Shown one piece after another: positions 34,002 through 39,949 of a stretch of 39,949 bases of DNA. Every line of letters starts with the position of its first letter. Within the stretch, counting starts at the first letter, position 1. Source of the DNA: a virus (Duplodnaviria > Caudoviricetes). Made by a program: the position numbers and the translations under genes. The stretch covers positions 1 to 39,949 of IMG/VR virus record IMGVR_UViG_3300012200_000010; one strand, given 5' to 3'. The notes below the pieces were generated by a model that saw nothing but the letters and a program-made list of their open reading frames with translations, made no database searches and was not told the origin of the DNA.

Positions 34002-34162
34002 ATCTTTCCATCCTTGTGGAGCCTGAACAAATCTCCAACGAAGTGAACCGTAAATCCAAGGCTGAACAACACCTGGGCCACGCCGTGCATGAAAGGGAGC
34101 ACGATCAGTGCGCCCACGAAACCTGCAACCTGAGTTATCAAAATTTGTTTGTCTGTCAGCAT
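33998..34162 (-). CDS. Small membrane protein (54 aa, 2 TM)
   Basis: [24 protein letters not shown]...; overlaps both neighbours. Confidence 0.6.
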   Translation of the reverse strand: MLTDKQILITQVAGFVGALIVLPFMHGVAQVLFSLGFTVHFVGDLFRLHKDGKI

Positions 34163-35025
34163 AGCCCCTTCTCTCGTAAGATCTTGGTGACTTCCCGCTC
34201 GGCGTTTGTGACGGCCGCGGAAATGTCGCCCGGGCGGCCTTGCATGCCGCGGACGCCTTCTGGTCCCGTCTCGCCTTGCGGGCCCTGCTCGCCGCGCTCC
34301 CCGCGCGCGCCTTGCGCGCCGGTGGCACCTTGTGGGCCTTGCGCTCCGGGTGTTCCCTGTTTTCCTTCCGGTCCGCGCTCTCCTGGCGTACCGCCGAAGC
34401 CGCGTTCGCCCTGTGGCCCGCGTTCGCCTGTGGCGCCGATCGCGCCTCGGGGGCCCGGAACCGCGTTCCCGAATCCATCGAGCACACTGCGTTCCTGCAA
34501 AATCCGAATGATCAGCGTCTCAAGATTTATTGCAAATGATTCTAGTTTGGCGTTAACGAAAGCGTCGACAGCCTCGACCGCCTTGGTTATGTCTCCTGGG
34601 TCGCCCTTCTCACCCTTCTCGCCTTCTGGGCCGCGGAGGCCTTGGGGACCAGCAGCGCCAGGGTGCCCTCGCTCGCCTTCGCCTTGAATACCCATCGGCC
34701 CTCGTGGGCCAGTCAGACCGGTTGAGCCGCGCTCTCCCTGCTCCCCGCGATCGCCGCGCGGCCCCTGGGGGCCTACAGGACCTTGCGGACCTGGGCGCCC
34801 TTCTGGACCCGCTGGTCCGTAGATGACGGAAGGACTAGAATGCTCGGCGCCGTCGTCGTAATACTCGTCATACACAACCGCGCGTACGCCCGGTACGTAC
34901 CCGGGGTTCGCGACCTGCAATGACTCAGGCTGGCGCGTCGGTGCAGTTGATTCCGCGTTGTACACCACAAAGTTCAAATGCTCGCAAGTAAGTTTGTCGC
35001 AAACAGCGCATCTACCTGTAGCCAT
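34156..35025 (-). CDS. Collagen-like (Gly-X-Y) protein
   Basis: SD GGAGG; N-terminal CAVC..C.H; two Gly-X-Y runs each ending GDI..AV. Confidence 0.85.
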   Translation of the reverse strand: MATGRCAVCDKLTCEHLNFVVYNAESTAPTRQPESLQVANPGYVPGVRAVVYDEYYDDGAEHSSPSVIYGPAGPEGRPGPQGPVGPQGPRGDRGEQGERGSTGLTGPRGPMGIQGEGERGHPGAAGPQGLRGPEGEKGEKGDPGDITKAVEAVDAFVNAKLESFAINLETLIIRILQERSVLDGFGNAVPGPRGAIGATGERGPQGERGFGGTPGERGPEGKQGTPGAQGPQGATGAQGARGERGEQGPQGETGPEGVRGMQGRPGDISAAVTNAEREVTKILREKGLC

Positions 35026-35045
35026 AAGATTCCCTCCGGGAAGCT

Positions 35046-36743
35046 TTAACTTGCTTTCTGTAGAACTGCCACAACCGTGATGTGAACTGTTACTGTCGCC
35101 ACGCTCAAAGCAATTGTCCACGCTGTTGCTGCTGTAGTAGCTGGAAGAGGTACACTGAAACTGATGTTAACCCCGTTAGGAGTAACCGGAGCGGTAGTTG
35201 CCGCTGCAGCACCGCCCGAGTTTAAATCGTAAATAAAGCTGTTCGTTCCGTCGCTTAGAGTGGCCGTAAAAGGAACGTCCGTAGCCAATTCCGTGGTTGT
35301 AATAATCAGCTGAGTGATATCAGCAAAAATCCCTGCGGCTTGCGCTGCCAAAACTGTGGTGGCTGACGAACTGCTTGCGATCGTTGTGGCTTTAGCAACA
35401 GTTTGAGCACGCCGATAAGGCTTGACGAACAGGCTGCCTTCGTAATCGCACTGGAGAGCTACCGATTGACCAGTTGTCAAAGACGGGGCCGAAGTGTTGT
35501 TGACGGCTAAAGTTGCGATAGCGTTTGCCGGGGCCGTGGCGGCCGTTATGACCGCGTCCAACGTTGCCGCGGCTGCGCCTGAAATACCGACCTTCTGCAC
35601 GCCAGCTGTTGCCGCGACGGTCGCCGTACCAGCGACCGAAGACATATCCGTCTTCAGCGCCGTTGTACCAGCGATAACTCCTGCTTTCGTTGTTCCGTCC
35701 GTAAGAGAAGTGAACAGCCCGTTCGTTACGCTGTTCGTGACGCCTAGAACGCCGACTACGTTTACGTCTTGCACGCCGGCCGCCGTAGTGGTCTGGTTGC
35801 TGCGGGCCCTGGTGCCCGCAATGTACATATCCGAACTTGTGCCGATGACCACGCCCGTAGGCGCGGTTCCAAAAGTCTGTGGTGCGCCAAGCACCGTGCT
35901 TGCAACCTGCGTTAGGTTGTCAACCCACGGAGATGTTGATTGGGTAACGCCGACCGTTCCAGTTATCGTCGTAGACGTCAGGGACACAACCCAGGGGTTG
36001 GTGCCTTGGTTCACGGTGCCGATGACTTTCGTGGTTTCGGCACTGAGCGTAGCATTGACCGCGAAAGCGTCGACGCCGGTTGCAACGATCTGCGCCCCGC
36101 GCGCCGTCATCTGGGCTTCAACCGTTTGACCGGTCGTGACCGTGGGCTGCGCCGTGTTGAAGACGCCGCCGATCTGCACCGGGTTCCCGGCCTTCGCCGC
36201 GCCCGTTGCTGAGTCACCTTGAATCGTCCACGGGTTGGTGGACTGCGTAACCCCGACGGTCCCTGTGACCGTGGTGCTCGTCAAACTCACCACCCAGGGG
36301 CTCGTCCCCTGTGTGGCGGATATGGCTCCGGAATCGACGATAATGTGCTGCGCCGAGGTCCAGGCCACCAGGTGGTTCTGGCTGGCGTCGACCTTCTGGG
36401 CGCGAATCTTGGAGTTGGCAGAATCCCAGCCCATCGCCAATGTGCCGGTCGGCGTTGCGCCGCTGGCCGCGTTGTCTGCGAACTGCACGCCGGCCCCGCC
36501 GCCCGTAACGTTCAGGGGGTTTCCAACAGTCCCGAGAGGGTTGGTGCCGTCCGACAACTGCACCGGCAGAGGATTCGTGAACGCTGGCGCGATGCTGTTG
36601 ATGCCCGTCAGGTTTACGTTGCCGCCGCCTCCCCCGCCGCTAGTTCCCGGGGATAGGGACCCATCCGCATTCTGGGTGAAGGCCCAAGTCTTGGTGACCT
36701 GGCTTTCATTTACGGAAGGCGGGTTCTGCGTGTTCAGTCCCAT
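35046..36743 (-). CDS. Fibre-like virion protein
   Basis: T/A/V-rich; [13 protein letters not shown] repeats; N-terminus shared with 37759..39930. Confidence 0.7.
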   Translation of the reverse strand: MGLNTQNPPSVNESQVTKTWAFTQNADGSLSPGTSGGGGGGNVNLTGINSIAPAFTNPLPVQLSDGTNPLGTVGNPLNVTGGGAGVQFADNAASGATPTGTLAMGWDSANSKIRAQKVDASQNHLVAWTSAQHIIVDSGAISATQGTSPWVVSLTSTTVTGTVGVTQSTNPWTIQGDSATGAAKAGNPVQIGGVFNTAQPTVTTGQTVEAQMTARGAQIVATGVDAFAVNATLSAETTKVIGTVNQGTNPWVVSLTSTTITGTVGVTQSTSPWVDNLTQVASTVLGAPQTFGTAPTGVVIGTSSDMYIAGTRARSNQTTTAAGVQDVNVVGVLGVTNSVTNGLFTSLTDGTTKAGVIAGTTALKTDMSSVAGTATVAATAGVQKVGISGAAAATLDAVITAATAPANAIATLAVNNTSAPSLTTGQSVALQCDYEGSLFVKPYRRAQTVAKATTIASSSSATTVLAAQAAGIFADITQLIITTTELATDVPFTATLSDGTNSFIYDLNSGGAAAATTAPVTPNGVNISFSVPLPATTAATAWTIALSVATVTVHITVVAVLQKAS

Positions 36744-37445
36744 TTAAATCAAACCTTTTTCCTTGAGCAGCTTCTCGACTGCTTTGACGGCAGCCGCTAC
36801 TGCGGCTTCTACGGCTTCTGCCACGGCTGCGCTAATGTCTCCTGCGGGCCCGCGCGCGCCAGGGGTTCCCCTGGGCCCGGGCTCGCCGTTGGCGCCGTCC
36901 CGGCCAGCCGGTCCTTGGGGGCCTGTGAAGCCCTGGGGGCCTGGGTCGCCGTGGGGGCCGTTAAAGCCCTGGGGGCCTCGGGGACCAAAAGGCCCTGGAG
37001 CGCCTTGCGGTCCCGCGGGGCCAGTCGCGCCTACGAAGCCTGTCTCGCCTTTGGGGCCCATCTGTCCCGGCTCACCGGGAACTCCGCGCTCGCCCCTAGG
37101 GCCTGCCGCGCCCTGCGCGCCAGCCTCGCCCTGAGGACCTACGGGGCCTCTTGATCCTTGGGGGCCTGCTTGACCTGCGGGGCCCGTAAAACCGATCTCT
37201 CCGCGCGGGCCGGGGGTATTGGAAAGCCCTGGCTCGCCGCGATCGCCTTTAGGACCTTGGGGGCCCTGGGGGCCAGTCTCACCGCGCGCCCCTGGCCGAC
37301 CCTCGGGACCTTGGGGTCCTGGGTCACCTTTGGGGCCGTAGATCTCGCGCGTCTGGGTGCCTGGTCGCTGCCGCTGTTGCGGCGCGCGGTTGGCTGGAAC
37401 ATATTCCTCGCCTTCCGGGCTCAATAATTTCGGGGTGTCGCTCAT
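36744..37445 (-). CDS. Collagen-like (Gly-X-Y) protein
   Basis: Long Gly-X-Y run ending GDISAAV...LLKEKGLI. Confidence 0.88.
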   Translation of the reverse strand: MSDTPKLLSPEGEEYVPANRAPQQRQRPGTQTREIYGPKGDPGPQGPEGRPGARGETGPQGPQGPKGDRGEPGLSNTPGPRGEIGFTGPAGQAGPQGSRGPVGPQGEAGAQGAAGPRGERGVPGEPGQMGPKGETGFVGATGPAGPQGAPGPFGPRGPQGFNGPHGDPGPQGFTGPQGPAGRDGANGEPGPRGTPGARGPAGDISAAVAEAVEAAVAAAVKAVEKLLKEKGLI

Positions 37446-37480
37446 GTGGATCTCCTGATCAACATTCTATGCTTTGAATT

Positions 37481-37750
37481 TTATGGCGTTGGTTGTGCTG
37501 GCTGCGCTGGTTGTAGAGCCGTCGGCATCGTGGCGGGCGTTACCACCAAAGACGAGATGGCTGCAGTCGCAAACTTCGTGATGGACGCAATCATTAGTTG
37601 TTGCAAACTCTGGTCGAGCGCAATCAAGGTCTGCGCCAAGGCTGAGTCGCCGCCGTATTGTGCTATCAGGTTGAGAAGATTCCCGACCGCAGAAGTTCTC
37701 GTGTAAGAATCGTTTCCGTACTGAACTACTTGACCTACGTTGGTATCCAT
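37481..37750 (-). CDS. Hypothetical protein
   Basis: SD AGAGGG before MDTNVGQ. Confidence 0.6.
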   Translation of the reverse strand: MDTNVGQVVQYGNDSYTRTSAVGNLLNLIAQYGGDSALAQTLIALDQSLQQLMIASITKFATAAISSLVVTPATMPTALQPAQPAQPTP

Positions 37751-37758
37751 GTTCCCTC

Positions 37759-39930
37759 TTATGAAGTCTCTATGCTGTAACCAAGCCCGGACCATTGGTC
37801 TCCAGCTTGAATGTTTGCAGTGGCAACAATTATCTTCCAACCATTTTGAAGAACCATCTGTGGAATCGGGATGTAAACTTGTCCGCCAGCGTTAGCAGCG
37901 GCGCTTAACGGCAGGGCCAATCCCATATAAAAGTCTACGCCTTGGCTCGCTGTTACGTTGAACGCCATTTGCTGAGCATACAAGGTGTTGCCACCAGCAT
38001 CTTGTAAAATGAAATTCATGTTTCGGTTTGCGGCGGCTGCACTGGCTATGAATCTGGCGCGAAAGGTTTGAAACAACCCTGTAGCACCTACAGTGATATT
38101 GAAGTCTGTTCCCGCTGCTGGATTCCCTACGGTAAGTGACGAGGCTGCTCTGCCGAGGGACACGTTCAATTTCGTCGGGTCGCTCTGACCGACTGTGGTA
38201 GGACCTGTCGGAGTTGCAGCCACAGCCTTTATTTGCACTGTAACGGTTCCGGTACCAGTTATAGCCGTCGAATTATATACAAAGAAGGCGTCACAACCAG
38301 CGACGTTGAACCAGTAAGTATAAGTTTGGCTGGTCGCAGGAACATGAAAATCAGTAGCATCATACTGTTGAATACCTGACGGTCCTACCCTCATTCCTGT
38401 AGCGAACTGAGTTACTGATCCCGCAAAAATACCGAAACTTAAAATACCAGCAGTGAATGTGCCGGAATTTGTAGTTAAGCCTACCATTACGCCGCCGTAC
38501 CCAACGGTACTTATGGATATCGAAGTACCTTGCGGGGTCGCACTAGACCAAGTAAACGTCGTCGATGAAGGTGTCATTGCCCCTAATACAGTTGCATTCA
38601 ACTTACTCGCATCACTCTGACCGACTGTGGTAGGACCTGGTATCGGCTGGGCCGTAGCTTTCATCGCTATAGTTACGTTTCCCGTTCCAGCAATGACTGT
38701 TTCCAACACTAATGAGAAATTGTCAAGCCCACCTACTTCAAACCAATAAATATAAGAAACACCAGTAGCGGGCGTGAATGTGGAAGCAGCATCGTACAGT
38801 TGCTCGCCGAACTTAGATTGGCGCATCCCCGTTACGTGCCCGAGCATGCCTCCGACTCTGAAAGCAATGCTGCCTTGGGTGAAAGTCCCGCCGTCGCACA
38901 CAAATTCAACTTTGACGGCGGACATACCGCCAGACGCGACCGATAGAGTCGTACTTATTGCCGTACTGCTGTTCCACACTGCGTTTGCTGTGGAAGAAAT
39001 TGCACCTGTGGTTGTAACTGCGCCCGTTACTGTGGCGTTCAGTTTGGTAGCATCACTCTGACCGACTGTGGTAGGTCCCGTAATAGTTGACGGGGCCGCC
39101 TGCAAAGAAATGTTTACTGAGCCGCTGCCCGTGATGGCCGTGTTCAAATAAACTCTGAACACCGTGAAACCTGACACAGGGAACCAATAAGAGTACGCAT
39201 CATTGGTTAGTAAAGTTAAGGTGTGGTCGGCGTCGTACACCTGTTGAAAACTTCCGCCCTGCGTATGCATCCTCATACCAGAGATATCAAATCCGAAACT
39301 CCCGCTGCTCTCTGCAAAAAACCTAAGTTGCCCCGTAGAAAAGGTGCCAGCGGTTGTGGATATGATGGCAACGACGCTGCCCATGCCAGCGCAGTTTATA
39401 TCGACGTGTGTGCCTGCAGCTGTGGCACTGGTCCAGGTTGCAGATGTGACGGGCGTCACGGTACCAACAGTTCTCAAACCGCCGTTCACGTCTAGGGATA
39501 AAGCGTTCGCGGTGGCGTCTGAGTAGACCGGAGGATTTGTGTTAACCTTGCCGCCCACGAATTCAAGCAAGCTAGGAACAGCCGCAGCAGGGGCTACGTT
39601 CGCTCCATCTTTGGTGTTAAGTGCGGCTTCATCGCTAGCCAGCACCACTGGGATTGAGTTTGCAGATGTTTTGGCGCCCAAAGAGACGGCGGCAGCGCCG
39701 ACCTTGGCGATATTGATTCCTAGAGGGTTTGACGCTGTGCCAAATGCTTGAGTACCGTCCGATAGTTCAACTGGCAGGGGGTTCGTAAAGGAAGGGAGCG
39801 CTCCGTTGATGAAGATATTTGACTTTGACAAATCCGCAGGAGAAAGGGTACCATCGGGATTCTGCGTGAACAGCCAGGACTTGTGGATCTGGCTGTCATC
39901 GGTAGACGGCGGATTTTGTCTGGTACTCAT
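37759..39930 (-). CDS. Fibre/decoration-like protein with three tandem ~145-aa beta modules
   Basis: SD AAGGA; GPTTVGQSD..KLN linker three times; YDA...Y.YWF.V.G in each module. Confidence 0.75.
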   Translation of the reverse strand: MSTRQNPPSTDDSQIHKSWLFTQNPDGTLSPADLSKSNIFINGALPSFTNPLPVELSDGTQAFGTASNPLGINIAKVGAAAVSLGAKTSANSIPVVLASDEAALNTKDGANVAPAAAVPSLLEFVGGKVNTNPPVYSDATANALSLDVNGGLRTVGTVTPVTSATWTSATAAGTHVDINCAGMGSVVAIISTTAGTFSTGQLRFFAESSGSFGFDISGMRMHTQGGSFQQVYDADHTLTLLTNDAYSYWFPVSGFTVFRVYLNTAITGSGSVNISLQAAPSTITGPTTVGQSDATKLNATVTGAVTTTGAISSTANAVWNSSTAISTTLSVASGGMSAVKVEFVCDGGTFTQGSIAFRVGGMLGHVTGMRQSKFGEQLYDAASTFTPATGVSYIYWFEVGGLDNFSLVLETVIAGTGNVTIAMKATAQPIPGPTTVGQSDASKLNATVLGAMTPSSTTFTWSSATPQGTSISISTVGYGGVMVGLTTNSGTFTAGILSFGIFAGSVTQFATGMRVGPSGIQQYDATDFHVPATSQTYTYWFNVAGCDAFFVYNSTAITGTGTVTVQIKAVAATPTGPTTVGQSDPTKLNVSLGRAASSLTVGNPAAGTDFNITVGATGLFQTFRARFIASAAAANRNMNFILQDAGGNTLYAQQMAFNVTASQGVDFYMGLALPLSAAANAGGQVYIPIPQMVLQNGWKIIVATANIQAGDQWSGLGYSIETS
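38183..39075 (-). repeat. Three identical 20-nt linker repeats
   Basis: CTCTGACCGACTGTGGTAGG (+ strand) at 38183, 38615, 39056. Confidence 0.95.
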
Positions 39931-39949
39931 TCGTTCCTTTTAAAAATAA

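Noticed and set aside
38183-39075. CRISPR array or DGR template/variable repeat
   Set aside because: The repeats are in-frame coding linkers ~440 nt apart, with no adenine-specific mismatches and no cas or RT gene in the window.

Overview
About 40 kb of a tailed dsDNA phage genome, probably podovirus-like. No capsid, portal or terminase gene lies in the window, and the host cannot be assigned from sequence alone. The left arm (1-15089, + strand) is an early/accessory region of tightly coupled small ORFs, many with CxxC zinc motifs. It also holds a SNF2/SMARCAL1-like helicase broken into three pieces (a free-standing HNH gene after the Q motif and a 2-nt frame break inside Walker A), a DUF3102-like protein, a soluble lytic transglycosylase, a secreted protein with its own promoter, and a GC-rich tyrosine recombinase. 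The right arm (15070-39930, - strand) is a virion/late module. In transcription order it has two paralogous fibre + collagen-like gene pairs, two small membrane proteins, two aberrant tRNA-like RNAs, two paralogous head-tail adaptor-like genes separated by a histidine phosphatase, a nozzle-like protein, a fibre, a GNAT-like protein, a pilot/ejection-like protein ending in a Hint domain, a GIY-YIG endonuclease, large internal virion proteins, a SleB-like hydrolase and a HiPIP-like protein. The most notable items are the tandem tRNA mimics (stems intact, all loops non-canonical), the Hint-terminated ejection protein next to a GNAT, and the fragmented helicase. All product calls come from motif recognition by eye; no searches were run.
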